The notes under the pieces are model-generated. The model was not told where the DNA came from and did not search any database. It worked only from the letters and a program-made list of their open reading frames with translations. A DNA stretch of 64,000 bases, from positions 362,887-426,886 of the forward strand of contig CP129473.1 in NCBI GenBank assembly GCA_030583745.1, written 5' to 3'. Every line of letters starts with the position of its first letter. The stretch's first letter is position 1. The position numbers were made by a program, and so were the translations under genes. Of the stretch, positions 19,448 through 29,425 are shown piece by piece. This DNA is from Minisyncoccota bacterium. GTDB taxonomy: Bacteria > Patescibacteriota > Minisyncoccia > Phycocordibacterales > BOKC01.

Positions 19448-21625
19448 CTAATTTGCCAAGAGCCCGGCTCCCCTGCCGGCTCGAATCTCGGAAATGGCAT
19501 AATCAGCAGTTTCCTTAAAATTCGGGTCAATCTCAACTATTTTCTCCAATTCTTCTATGGCTTTCGGCCAATTTCTCAAAGACAGATAAGAAGCGACAAG
19601 GGCTTGGCGCGATTCTAAATTTTCCGGCTCAAACTCAACTCTCTTCTGCCAAATTTCTAAAACTTTTGAATACTGTTTTATTTCCGCTAAAGTATTCAGG
19701 AGTCGATCGTCAAAATATTTGACGGAGTCAGGTAATATCTCCCATTCAGAATTAGCTTCCGATAATCTGTCGTTTGCAAGAAGAGCCATCAAGTAAAATG
19801 TTCTGGATTCTGGATTTTCCGGCCATAAGTTTTTTGCGGATTCCAACACTTCCATCGCTTCCTCGAACCGACTGGCAGAAAACAGGGTTGAGGCAATTTC
19901 AAAATAAATACTTTGTTTTTTTGGTGAGAGTTTAGAAGCTCGCTCCAGCATCTCAAGAGACCTGTCATATTGCTCCACCTGCCTGAAAAAAACTCCGGAA
20001 GATATCAAAACTCTTGCATCAAGCGGAAACCTTTCTGTCTGAACAGATATTCTATCTTGAGCTAAGTTGAAAAAATCAAGCTTCAACTCTTCAGGGTTGT
20101 CGCTAGCAATCACCATAGACGCCTTGTTTAAAAAATGAATTAGCCCCTCTTGATTGCCAAAAGTATTGTAACTAAAAAATTTCTTGAAATGCTCTAAGCT
20201 GTCTTGATTTGCTGTTTGAGGATGTATGGCATCAATAATCGTTTTTGCCGCTAGTATTGGCTTGTAATGAAGAAAATAACCTGAAATAAAAAACACGGCG
20301 ACAAGAGCAGACAAAATTATCGTCTTGGCGTGAGCAAAAGACAGACCGGCAAACGGTAGTTTTATTGATTCCCCCGGCGTGCTCTTATAGCAGATAAAAG
20401 CCAGAATTGAGAACAAAAGAATATAACTCGTCAAATTATCAAAATCAAATATCCCCTGAAACAAATACGCGGCTAGAAATCCGGACAAAACACTTTTTTC
20501 TAAAATAGAAAAATTGGGTGTTTTCCAAAGATAAAAAATAGAAGAAAAAATAATCAATAAGAAAAATAGAAGCGCCAAAATCCCACCGGCAACAAGCCAG
20601 TCAAGATAAACATTATGAACGCGATCAAACCATGGCTCATGACCATACATTGCCGGATTGTAGTTTTCACTAAAGATGTGGATAAAATTTTCCTGACCAT
20701 AACCAAGAATCGGCCTTTCTTTAAAGCCCTCAATCGCCATCGGCCAGACAAAATAGCGTCCCTGTTCTTTTATCCCCTCAAGAGAAATAGTGGAAAACCT
20801 GGATAGAACTGGGCTCTCTTTTACAAAAGACGAGTCTTTGAAAAACCAAAACGCTCCAAGAAAAACCAATAAAAGAAGCAATAAAACTAGAGATTTTTTC
20901 CTAAGACTTTTATGCTCTTTTCCAAATACAAGTAAGAGAAAAAATGTGACTGCTAGGCCGAAAATCAAAGCTAGAGTTACACCTCTTGTCGCGGTGTTGT
21001 ATAGAATAAAGACCTGCGTCGCAATCAAAAACAAATAGAGATATCGATAGTTGTCGCGCCTCTGAAAGAAATAAAAAATCCCGATAAAGATATGGAACAT
21101 TAAATAAACTGCCAAATAGATAGCGTTGCCAAGTGTTCCGTCCAACCTAACCCCACCTTGCCTTATATCAACCGACCCCACAAGCTGAAGAAAGCTATAG
21201 AAACATATGATTGCACTTGTCACTAAAGAAACGTGGAAAAATATCTTCCAGTCTTTTTCTTTCAGAACCGAGATCATAACTACAAACAACCCAACCAAGT
21301 AAAATAGGGTGATCAATCCTTCCATTCTTTCAAAAGTTGACCAAAAGCTTCTATACGGGTCAATCCCGAAAACAGCTGAAAAGACAAGAACTACCAAAAA
21401 AGAAACGGTTGAATACAAAATCCATGATTTTTTTGGTAAATATTCTTTATTTAAAAATACAAGACCAATCCATGACAAGAAAACAATACTAACAATTATC
21501 CTGAAAGCAAACGCCTTACCGGTTATAAAAGGAAAAAACAAGGAATAGCTTATAATAAGAGGGATGAAAGGAATCAACATTAATCCCGTCACAACAAGAG
21601 TCTTTAAAATTTTCTCCGAGTTCAT
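19448..21625 (-). CDS. O-antigen ligase/polymerase (Wzy_C)-like polytopic membrane protein with C-terminal TPR repeats.
   Basis: >=10 TM helices. Block GYGQENFIHIF...HNVYLDWLVAGGILAL typical of Wzy_C/O-antigen ligase. C-terminal TPR-like helices. Confidence 0.6.
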   Translation of the reverse strand: MNSEKILKTLVVTGLMLIPFIPLIISYSLFFPFITGKAFAFRIIVSIVFLSWIGLVFLNKEYLPKKSWILYSTVSFLVVLVFSAVFGIDPYRSFWSTFERMEGLITLFYLVGLFVVMISVLKEKDWKIFFHVSLVTSAIICFYSFLQLVGSVDIRQGGVRLDGTLGNAIYLAVYLMFHIFIGIFYFFQRRDNYRYLYLFLIATQVFILYNTATRGVTLALIFGLAVTFFLLLVFGKEHKSLRKKSLVLLLLLLVFLGAFWFFKDSSFVKESPVLSRFSTISLEGIKEQGRYFVWPMAIEGFKERPILGYGQENFIHIFSENYNPAMYGHEPWFDRVHNVYLDWLVAGGILALLFFLLIIFSSIFYLWKTPNFSILEKSVLSGFLAAYLFQGIFDFDNLTSYILLFSILAFICYKSTPGESIKLPFAGLSFAHAKTIILSALVAVFFISGYFLHYKPILAAKTIIDAIHPQTANQDSLEHFKKFFSYNTFGNQEGLIHFLNKASMVIASDNPEELKLDFFNLAQDRISVQTERFPLDARVLISSGVFFRQVEQYDRSLEMLERASKLSPKKQSIYFEIASTLFSASRFEEAMEVLESAKNLWPENPESRTFYLMALLANDRLSEANSEWEILPDSVKYFDDRLLNTLAEIKQYSKVLEIWQKRVEFEPENLESRQALVASYLSLRNWPKAIEELEKIVEIDPNFKETADYAISEIRAGRGAGLLAN

Positions 21626-21712
21626 GAGCCCAATATATCATGAAAAATTAAGTGCGGATAGTATGTCATAATACAAACGTAACCCGTTAAAAATCCTCGC
21701 GGGATAAAGCAT

Positions 21713-22969
21713 ATGAAAGAAAAAATCTACAACATTCTTCGGTGGAGTGAAAAATATACCAAAACCGACATGGTTTATTTAACCAAGGGTGGCTCTTGGC
21801 TTGCTCTTGAGTACTCCTTTCAGGTAGTCAGCAGTCTTTTCTTGGCGGTTGCCTTCGCTAATCTTTTACCCAAAGAGGCCTTCGGTACTTATCAGTTCAT
21901 CATTGCTATGGCATCTATCGTCAGTGTCTTTACATTAACCGGTATGAGTAGCGCCATTATGCGCTCAGTCGCTCGCGGCACTGACGGTGCCTTACGCTAC
22001 GGTCTTCAGCTTAAACTTACCTGGAGTATTGGTATTGTTTTAGCATCAGGTGGTCTTTCACTCTATTACTTTTTTAACGACAACCAAACGCTGGCAATAG
22101 CTTTTTTGATCGTCGGCGCCTTTCAGCCTCTAATCTCCAGCTTCAAACTATATGGACCCTTCTTAGTCGGTAAAAAAAATTTCCGGGAAAATTCCACGCT
22201 GAATATTCTGCAGAAATTATTGCCATTTATTCTTCTGCTTTTGGCTCTATTTCTCACGAAAAATCCGCTTATCATTGTTGCTGTCTATTTTATTGCCAAT
22301 GCTACCTCAGTGATTTTTTTGTATCGGTACACTGTTCGGAAATACAAACTGACAATTACACCCGATCCGGAACTCAAAAGCTACAGCAAACACTTAAGTT
22401 TTATGGAATCATTTTTAAAAATTGCCGGACAGTTGGATAAAATTCTTATGTGGCATTTCCTCGGAGCCGCTTCGGTCGCAATTTATACAATTGCACAGAT
22501 GCCTGTATCACACATAAAAGGTTTATTTAATTTAGGTCACTCACTTACCTTTCCAAAATTTGCTAAAAAAAATTTAACAGAGTTAAAGATAATATTACCT
22601 AAAAAAATAACTAAATATTTTTTTATTTCAATTATCACCGCTACTGTTTATATAGTGTTTGCTCCATTTCTTTTCTCAGTTTTCTTTCCAATATATTCCG
22701 AGTCAGTCTTTTATTCACAATTGCTAGCCCTTGCCATTCTTGTTGTACCAAAAACATTCATAAATCAATCTTTCATTTCCCACCAGATGAAAAAAGAGTT
22801 ATATATATCAAACATTAGCACCTCAATAATTAGAATAATTTTAATTGCAATTTTACTACCAATCTATGGTATAACAGGAGCAATTATTGCCTTAATTATC
22901 GCAGAATTTTATGAAACAGCTTTATTATGGTTTCTTTTCCGTCGTTTACGATATCCTAGGGAAATTTGA
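21713..22969 (+). CDS. Polysaccharide biosynthesis protein / oligosaccharide flippase (Wzx-like, MOP superfamily).
   Basis: 12-TM profile. N-terminal block similar to PF01943 family members. Confidence 0.6.
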   Translation: MKEKIYNILRWSEKYTKTDMVYLTKGGSWLALEYSFQVVSSLFLAVAFANLLPKEAFGTYQFIIAMASIVSVFTLTGMSSAIMRSVARGTDGALRYGLQLKLTWSIGIVLASGGLSLYYFFNDNQTLAIAFLIVGAFQPLISSFKLYGPFLVGKKNFRENSTLNILQKLLPFILLLLALFLTKNPLIIVAVYFIANATSVIFLYRYTVRKYKLTITPDPELKSYSKHLSFMESFLKIAGQLDKILMWHFLGAASVAIYTIAQMPVSHIKGLFNLGHSLTFPKFAKKNLTELKIILPKKITKYFFISIITATVYIVFAPFLFSVFFPIYSESVFYSQLLALAILVVPKTFINQSFISHQMKKELYISNISTSIIRIILIAILLPIYGITGAIIALIIAEFYETALLWFLFRRLRYPREI

Positions 22970-23157
22970 CTAACATCTAATCTATAAAAAAGATCTCAGC
23001 CGATTATGACTGAGACCTATACTAGTTAGCTCTCTCCCAGCAGGAAAGGCGAGTATCTTCTTCAACTCTTCTGAAACCGATAGACTCGACAATCCTGATG
23101 TGGTATTCGTACAGTTCAAGCGAAAAACCAAGTATTATCGGCAGAATCTAAATAAAT

Positions 23158-23958
23158 TTATTTGTTTTCCAAAATAAAAATATAATTTGGCGAGTATTCT
23201 CCGATTGAAGGTAATTGTGAGGCAATTTTATTAATCGGGTGTAAATAATCTGGTTCTTTGTTCTCCATTTTTGCAAGTTTAGCATAAACAACCCTAGAAA
23301 TAATGTAGTATAAACTGCCGATGTTGTTTGCTTCCAAAAACTTAAAATTCTTTTTTGAAAAAGAAATGAGTTTTCCTTCTGGCATATAAAAATTGTGCCA
23401 ACGAACTTTAATTGGAAAGAGATCAAATGTCTTTCGTAAATCATTCAAGCGATCTAGTCCCTCAAGAGTATTCTCGCAAAGAATTATTCTTCCTTTCTTT
23501 TTCAACAATTTCTTCATTTCTAAAAGAGAGTGTTTCTGTTCCTCCCAATTAAGTAGGTTAATCAGACATCTTTCAGACACAATAAAATCAAACTTTTGGT
23601 TTTTGAGAAATGGCAAATCTGATAATTCCCGCACATCTCCCTCCTCAAAATTTACTCTTACTTGAACAGATTTTGAAGACTTGTTAGCAGCTTGGCGTGC
23701 ATACTTTATCATTTCGCCAGAATAATCTACACCGACGAACGAAGACTTTTTAAATTTTTCGGCAAATTTAATTGTTGAATATCCATTTCCACAACCAATG
23801 TCTAATACTTTTGTGCTATCTCTTAAATAGTCTTCTATTCTGTTAACTTCCAGTTGGCGATAAAAACTATCTGGTGCAGTAGCAAGCTCAGATTGTTTAT
23901 GCTCAATTGCCATGTTATCCCAAAACTTTTTTATTTCTGTATCTCCTGTTTTTTTCAT
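23158..23958 (-). CDS. Class I SAM-dependent methyltransferase.
   Basis: Motif I VLDIGCGNGYST. Confidence 0.75.
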   Translation of the reverse strand: MKKTGDTEIKKFWDNMAIEHKQSELATAPDSFYRQLEVNRIEDYLRDSTKVLDIGCGNGYSTIKFAEKFKKSSFVGVDYSGEMIKYARQAANKSSKSVQVRVNFEEGDVRELSDLPFLKNQKFDFIVSERCLINLLNWEEQKHSLLEMKKLLKKKGRIILCENTLEGLDRLNDLRKTFDLFPIKVRWHNFYMPEGKLISFSKKNFKFLEANNIGSLYYIISRVVYAKLAKMENKEPDYLHPINKIASQLPSIGEYSPNYIFILENK

Positions 23959-23972
23959 AAAATAAACTTATC

Positions 23973-25631
23973 TTAATCTGTTAAATCCCAACTTAAGGGT
24001 GTTCCTTTTTCAATATCTGTCTTTGCTTTTTTATTCAAAATCTCATCATAAAATTTTGGAGGCAAGCCATGTCCCGGTCTTATGGATCGCACATTTTCTT
24101 TGGTCAACTTTTCCCCTTTCTTTATGTCTTGAACCGCAAATAAAGATTTTCTAAATATTACTGATCCTACCTCCGCCGTGCCGGGACCGTCTAAAACCGA
24201 TCCCAGAGCTTTTTCCGCTTGGCGAATTGAAGACACTAAATTTTTGAATTCTTCAGGCTCAAGTGAAAAACCGGCATCTGGACCTCCATCTGATCTTCTA
24301 AGGGTAAGATGTTTTTCAATTATCTTTGCCCCTAGAGAAACCGCCATCTCTGATGCCATGCTACTTAAAGAGTGATCAGAGAGACCCGTTACTACATTAT
24401 ATCTTTTTTGCAGGTCAGGAATAGTTGACAGATTCATATCTTCCGGTTTCGTCGGGTAAGAGCTTATACAGTGCAAAACTGCGACATGAGGAGTTCCTGC
24501 CTTTTTTAAGGTTTCCAAAGCCAGCTTAATTTCTTCGCTCGAAGCCATACCGCTTGACATAATCACAGGCTTTTTTGTACTACCTACCTTTTTAAGAAGT
24601 GGAATATCAACGACTTCAAATGAAGCAATTTTATAAATTGGAACATTCAACTCCTCTAAAAAATCTACGGATGTATTATCGAAGGGCGAGGAAAAAAACA
24701 CTAAACCTAATTTCTCAGCATATTCTTTAAGCTTCGGATGCCAATCCCACGGTGTATAGGCTTCGCCGTACAGCTCATATAAATTTTTTCCATCCCAAGG
24801 TCCTCCTTTAATTTTAAAATAATCCTTATTTGAATCAATGGTAATCGTATCCGGAGTATAGGTTTGAAGTTTGACCGCATCCGAACCTGAAGCGGCGGCG
24901 GCATCCATTATTCTAAAAGCATTGTTTATGTCTTGGTTGTGATTACCTGATATCTCAGCCACGATAAAAACCGGGTGGCCGTTTCCAATAAATCTTACAC
25001 CTTGAGAGTCATTAAAGCTGAGCATGTTTTTTTTATATTGACCTTTAGACAAATCTTCCAACCCCTTTTTTTCTCTCTCTTGCCAAACTTTCATATTAGG
25101 ATTGCTTTTAAATTTTTCAATCTCAATTATCCATTTTTCATAATCGCTTGCAAGTAAAACATTCTCAGCAGATTCAATATAAACTAAGTCACTTAATTTT
25201 TGTAATTCCGTAAAATGTTCTATAAATCCCTTCACTCTAGAGGCCTGGTATTCATTAGTAACAACGAAAACATCTGTATAATGATACTTTTCTATAAAGT
25301 ATTTAATAGCAAACAATTGTTCTACGGTGTCATTAGACCTACGCTCTTTTATAATTTTTTCCTTAGGGACTCCTAGCGTCTCCAATTCAAGAGCAATCAA
25401 ATCACAAAGATCGGGTCTGTTTATTTCGTCGTTTTTTACACCTCGGCCTCGGCCTCCCGGAATAAAAATTAGTGCTTCCGGATTTTTAATATATAGTTCG
25501 TATGTCGCTTTTATTCTCAGAGTACCGCCTGGGGCAAGATCAAAATCCTCGTTAGTAAAATATCCTGTACTCACCCATTTCCCGTCTTCCTTTTTTATAC
25601 CTGCACTTAAAATAACAATTACTTTTTTCAT
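23973..25631 (-). CDS. Fusion protein: N-terminal DUF218/YdcF-like domain plus C-terminal NeuB-family nonulosonic acid synthase (sialic/pseudaminic/legionaminic acid synthase) with SAF domain.
   Basis: C-terminal half matches the NeuB/PseI/LegI TIM-barrel (VFIVAEISGNHNQD..., LHCISSYPT, SAF-like tail). N-terminal 190 aa resembles DUF218. Confidence 0.8.
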   Translation of the reverse strand: MKKVIVILSAGIKKEDGKWVSTGYFTNEDFDLAPGGTLRIKATYELYIKNPEALIFIPGGRGRGVKNDEINRPDLCDLIALELETLGVPKEKIIKERRSNDTVEQLFAIKYFIEKYHYTDVFVVTNEYQASRVKGFIEHFTELQKLSDLVYIESAENVLLASDYEKWIIEIEKFKSNPNMKVWQEREKKGLEDLSKGQYKKNMLSFNDSQGVRFIGNGHPVFIVAEISGNHNQDINNAFRIMDAAAASGSDAVKLQTYTPDTITIDSNKDYFKIKGGPWDGKNLYELYGEAYTPWDWHPKLKEYAEKLGLVFFSSPFDNTSVDFLEELNVPIYKIASFEVVDIPLLKKVGSTKKPVIMSSGMASSEEIKLALETLKKAGTPHVAVLHCISSYPTKPEDMNLSTIPDLQKRYNVVTGLSDHSLSSMASEMAVSLGAKIIEKHLTLRRSDGGPDAGFSLEPEEFKNLVSSIRQAEKALGSVLDGPGTAEVGSVIFRKSLFAVQDIKKGEKLTKENVRSIRPGHGLPPKFYDEILNKKAKTDIEKGTPLSWDLTD

Positions 25632-25636
25632 AAAAA

Positions 25637-26926
25637 CTAACGTACTTTAAAAATATCGGTAATAAGCCCGCCCTCAATTCTTTTCTCCAGAGTTTTATTT
25701 TCTATGAGAGTTTTAAGTTCAGCAAAAGTCCTATCATAAGTTTTTAATAGTTTTTCCATTTGAGGTTTTGTGTGTGAGAAACTCATATTATGCTGGCCAT
25801 ACCAGAGAAAGCCAGCTTTAAGAATTTCTTGCTGAAGATAGGTTTTTATTTCTATAGCCGAATATTCATAACTATCTTTTATCATAAATAAATTCCAACA
25901 GGGCTTGCCTTTAACTTGAATAAATTCAGAAAGACCGTGCTTTACAAGAAGCTCATTGGTATTATCTTGAAGATGTTTTCCGAGTTTCCAAATATATGGA
26001 ATAACTTTTTTCTTTTCCATTTCTTTTATAGTGGCAATTGCTGCAGCGATTGAAAGGGCTTCCCCACCCTGAGTAAAAGAGTAAAAAATTTTGTCAACTG
26101 TTTGCATATATTCTCTTTTCCCTACCAAAGCCGAAATCGGCATACCGTTTGCCATTGATTTACCGAAACAAGCTAAATCCGGAGTTACATTAAAATATTT
26201 TTGTGCTCCACCTAAAGAAAACCTGAATCCACAAATAACCTCGTCAAAAATCAAAAGTGCGCCATTTTTATGAGCCACTTTTTTTACCTCTTCCAAAAAA
26301 CCCTTTTCCGGCTCCACATAATTCATCGGCTCCATTATGACTGCCGCAATCTTGCCGGGATATTTTCTGAAAAGCGCTTTAAGAGAATCTATGTCGTTGT
26401 AATAGAACTTAAGTGTTAGATTTTTTGTGGCTTTCGGCACACCCAAATCACGAGTAGTTGAACCAATATACCAATCATGCCAGCCGTGGTATCCGCATAC
26501 CGCAACATAATCCCGCCCTGTATAAGCACGGGCAACCCTTATCGCTCCGGTCGTGGCATCCGATCCATTTTTTCCGAATCGCACCATTTCGGCGCAAGGT
26601 ATATGTTTTATTAAAAGCTCGGCCAATTCATATTCCAAAGGAGAAGGTAAGGAAAGAATGATTCCTTTTTTTAGTTGGGCTTTAATTGCATTGTCCACCG
26701 CCGGATACTGATAACCTAAAACCACCGGCAAAAGAGCGTTTATCATATCTACATACTCATTTCCGTCCACATCCCAAATTTTTGCGCCTTTAGCATGAGT
26801 AGCAAAAAGCGGTGCTTGACCTTTGATAAATTGAAGGTGGCTTTTACTGAAAGTTTGCGAAGCGAGAGGAATAACTTTCTCCACCCTTTTGAATAATTCG
26901 CTACTTTTCTTTAATTTGAGTTTCAT
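25637..26926 (-). CDS. Class-III (GSA-aminotransferase-like) PLP-dependent aminotransferase.
   Basis: hemL-like blocks, e.g. FDEVICGFR; a Lys-bearing segment FGKSMANG is present. Confidence 0.75.
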   Translation of the reverse strand: MKLKLKKSSELFKRVEKVIPLASQTFSKSHLQFIKGQAPLFATHAKGAKIWDVDGNEYVDMINALLPVVLGYQYPAVDNAIKAQLKKGIILSLPSPLEYELAELLIKHIPCAEMVRFGKNGSDATTGAIRVARAYTGRDYVAVCGYHGWHDWYIGSTTRDLGVPKATKNLTLKFYYNDIDSLKALFRKYPGKIAAVIMEPMNYVEPEKGFLEEVKKVAHKNGALLIFDEVICGFRFSLGGAQKYFNVTPDLACFGKSMANGMPISALVGKREYMQTVDKIFYSFTQGGEALSIAAAIATIKEMEKKKVIPYIWKLGKHLQDNTNELLVKHGLSEFIQVKGKPCWNLFMIKDSYEYSAIEIKTYLQQEILKAGFLWYGQHNMSFSHTKPQMEKLLKTYDRTFAELKTLIENKTLEKRIEGGLITDIFKVR

Positions 26927-27012
26927 TTTTTTATCTAATTTCTAAGCTAAAGTATTAGATATTATACAAAACTTCTTTGCTTATTGAAATTTAAAAAACC
27001 AAGAAATAAATT

Positions 27013-27047
27013 TGACAAAAAAATGATTTTGACTTATGATTAAGTCT
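27013..27047 (+). promoter_or_regulatory. Sigma70-like promoter for the 27117 gene (ttgaca -17 nt- tatgat).
   Basis: Seen in sequence. Confidence 0.4.
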
Positions 27048-27116
27048 GTTGTTCTTCGTCGTCTCATTTACCTGAAATCTTGATCTAGGAGGTGTCCCCT
27101 GATATCCGAACAAGTC

Positions 27117-27683
27117 TTGCGAAAGAGTCTTAGGCGAGAGTTCGAAACTTTGCGTATGAGGAAGGCATACGAGTTACCAGACAACGTACAAGCAATCGTG
27201 AACCTGATCGGCGCAGGCAAAAAGTGTGCCGAGGATGTTTCAAGAACTGGTCACGTTGCTCGACTCGTGAGTCAGATTGGAGCAACAGGTTCAGGTCTTC
27301 CTGTGGTTTTTCTAAACGGAGAGTCAGAAGAGCTTGAAAATATGGTGGAGCTTGCCGTTCAAGCCGATATTCCGCCTCAGATCATCCGACTCCAAGACTG
27401 TGGTCGGAAAGGTGAGGCGAATACCAAAACTCAATTTCAGGCTTTGAAAGCCGACTTGGAGTCGTATGCGCTTTCGCGCATTGTTTTGGTGACAAGCACT
27501 TACCATGTTCCCCGGGTCGCAAGAACGGCGGTTAAACACCTCCCGCCGAGTGTCTGGTTTACTGTTGTCTCTGATCTGAACGATATTGAGCTCTACGACT
27601 GGGAGGAGAGGGTGGGGAGCGAAATTGAACGGATCATCCGTTACGTCGCAAAGGGAGACATTAGCGCCGAATTGCCGGCATAA
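27117..27683 (+). CDS. DUF218/YdcF-family protein, GC-rich (~50% GC), probably horizontally acquired.
   Basis: LVTSTYHVPRVARTA matches the DUF218 hallmark. aggagg SD upstream. ORF-track TTG start; ATG at 27156 also possible. GC content clearly above flanks. Confidence 0.55.
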   Translation: MRKSLRREFETLRMRKAYELPDNVQAIVNLIGAGKKCAEDVSRTGHVARLVSQIGATGSGLPVVFLNGESEELENMVELAVQADIPPQIIRLQDCGRKGEANTKTQFQALKADLESYALSRIVLVTSTYHVPRVARTAVKHLPPSVWFTVVSDLNDIELYDWEERVGSEIERIIRYVAKGDISAELPA

Positions 27684-27703
27684 TCTCCCGACCATAAGTG
27701 AAA

Positions 27704-27737
27704 AGGGGTGTCCTTAACCGGGCACCCTTTATTTTTT
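27704..27737. terminator. Hairpin plus T-run terminator (gggtgtcc-ttaacc-gggcaccc tttatttttt), overlapping the 3' end of the convergent cytidylyltransferase gene.
   Basis: Seen in sequence. Confidence 0.55.
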
Positions 27738-28475
27738 GTCCTCTTTTAGTGATTTTAACAAACCTTCATTTCGCACAATTTTAGCATTCTTTGCCATCAC
27801 CTCTGGATTTTCAAGAAGCAAGTCGCAGTATTCCTTAAATTCAAGCTCATATCCATAATTTTCAATCAAAAACTTAATTACTTCAAAATCTTCGGGGTTG
27901 TCGACGGTCAAACGGAATTTTGAAAGATCTTGATCGTTTTCTATATTTACCTTTTTGTACTTTGGATTATTACGGATATACAAAGTTACATGTTCCCTTT
28001 CAGATCCAAGCTTGGCTTCTTCATCTGATTCAAGCAAAGATTTTCTAGTGAAGACTTCTACATCAATACCGTCTGGGTAAGTTTCCTTAAGAGCATTACT
28101 TGCGTAGTCTGCTTTTTCTTTTTTAAAAGCTGAAACTACTTCGTCTACAACTTCTGGATCAATAAGCGGGCAATCGCCGGTAACGCGAACAATTGTGTCA
28201 AACTCTGGATACTCTCTAGCGCAATCGGCAAAACGCTTTAAAACGTCGTTCAAAGATCCGCGAAAATAATTTTGATTGTTCCCGCGACAAAACTCTATAA
28301 CCTCGTTATCATCTTCGTGATCACTCGTTGCTAAAACAATTTTGTCAATTTTTTCGGATTTTTTAAGGCGTTCCAAAACATACCAAAGCATCGGCTTTCT
28401 GTTTATTTCTTTCAAGATTTTGCCTGGTAAACGAGTCGAGCTAATTCTAGCTTGAACAATACAGAGAGTTTTCAT
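27729..28475 (-). CDS. Acylneuraminate/pseudaminate cytidylyltransferase (CMP-nonulosonic acid synthetase, NeuA/PseF/SpsF-like).
   Basis: N-terminal CIVQARISSTRLPGK and CTP_transf_3 fold signature. Confidence 0.75.
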   Translation of the reverse strand: MKTLCIVQARISSTRLPGKILKEINRKPMLWYVLERLKKSEKIDKIVLATSDHEDDNEVIEFCRGNNQNYFRGSLNDVLKRFADCAREYPEFDTIVRVTGDCPLIDPEVVDEVVSAFKKEKADYASNALKETYPDGIDVEVFTRKSLLESDEEAKLGSEREHVTLYIRNNPKYKKVNIENDQDLSKFRLTVDNPEDFEVIKFLIENYGYELEFKEYCDLLLENPEVMAKNAKIVRNEGLLKSLKEDKK

Positions 28476-29425
28476 ATCAGGTATTTTAAAATTTCTTTAG
28501 CTTGGGTAACATCGTTAAAAGTTTTCTTTTTTTCCTTTACTGATTTCAAAAAATATTTAACTTCTTCAATATACATCTCGTTTTTATCGTATTCTTTTTC
28601 TCCAAAAATTTTCTTTACACTCTTCTCATTTTCAAGCCAGACAATATTCTCATTCCAATCCCAAGATAAATTACCTTTTTCTCCGACAACCCGACAAATT
28701 CTATGATATTTTTTAGACAAATAATCACAAGACACTGAACCAGATAAACCGTTTTTAAACTGAAAAATTCCCTTAGCGATATCTTCTGTTTCAATTTTCA
28801 AACTACCACTGTGTTCCTTAATAATTAAGTGTTTTTTTACTGGCGAAAAATTATTGATCCAAAACAGAAGATCAAATTCGTGAATATCGTCTAAAACTAT
28901 CCCTCCGCCCATTTTATTTTTCGCGGCATAGTTTTTTCTGTAATCAGTTCCCGGCCGCCAATATGGAAGATAATATCCGAACTCGTGGTCTACGCTATAA
29001 ATCTTACCAAGTTTTCCACTATCAATATATTTTTTGATTACCAAAAAGGCTGGATGAAAACGCATATTGCAGGCAACCATATCTATAAGTTTTTTACTTT
29101 TTAAAAGTTTTTCCAGTTTAGTTACGCCCTTCAAATCATGAGAAAGGGGTTTTTCAATAAAAAGATGAAGTCCGGCTTCAGCGCATTTAATAGAAGCTTC
29201 AACATGTTTATGATTTGGGTTGCAAATAAATGCAATATCAAAGTTACCCAAAGTTTTCTTATCCAGGATTTTTATCTTTAATTTCTGATATTTGATCTTT
29301 TTTACATCTGTATCAAAAACAGTAATGTTTTTATAACCAAGAGAAACAAGATTCCTGTAATGCCTCTGCCCAATCGATCCAAACCCGATTATTAGAATTT
29401 TTGTATTATTTTTTGTCTCCTGCAT
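28472..29425 (-). CDS. Gfo/Idh/MocA-family NAD(P)-dependent oxidoreductase.
   Basis: Rossmann motif ILIIGFGSIGQRH. Start trimmed to MQETKNN (29425). Confidence 0.7.
   Translation of the reverse strand: MQETKNNTKILIIGFGSIGQRHYRNLVSLGYKNITVFDTDVKKIKYQKLKIKILDKKTLGNFDIAFICNPNHKHVEASIKCAEAGLHLFIEKPLSHDLKGVTKLEKLLKSKKLIDMVACNMRFHPAFLVIKKYIDSGKLGKIYSVDHEFGYYLPYWRPGTDYRKNYAAKNKMGGGIVLDDIHEFDLLFWINNFSPVKKHLIIKEHSGSLKIETEDIAKGIFQFKNGLSGSVSCDYLSKKYHRICRVVGEKGNLSWDWNENIVWLENEKSVKKIFGEKEYDKNEMYIEEVKYFLKSVKEKKKTFNDVTQAKEILKYLI

Noticed and set aside
22970-23157. Weak hairpin tctcag-ccgattatga-ctgaga between convergent flippase and methyltransferase genes
   Set aside because: Short stem, long loop, no clear T-run; not convincing as a terminator.
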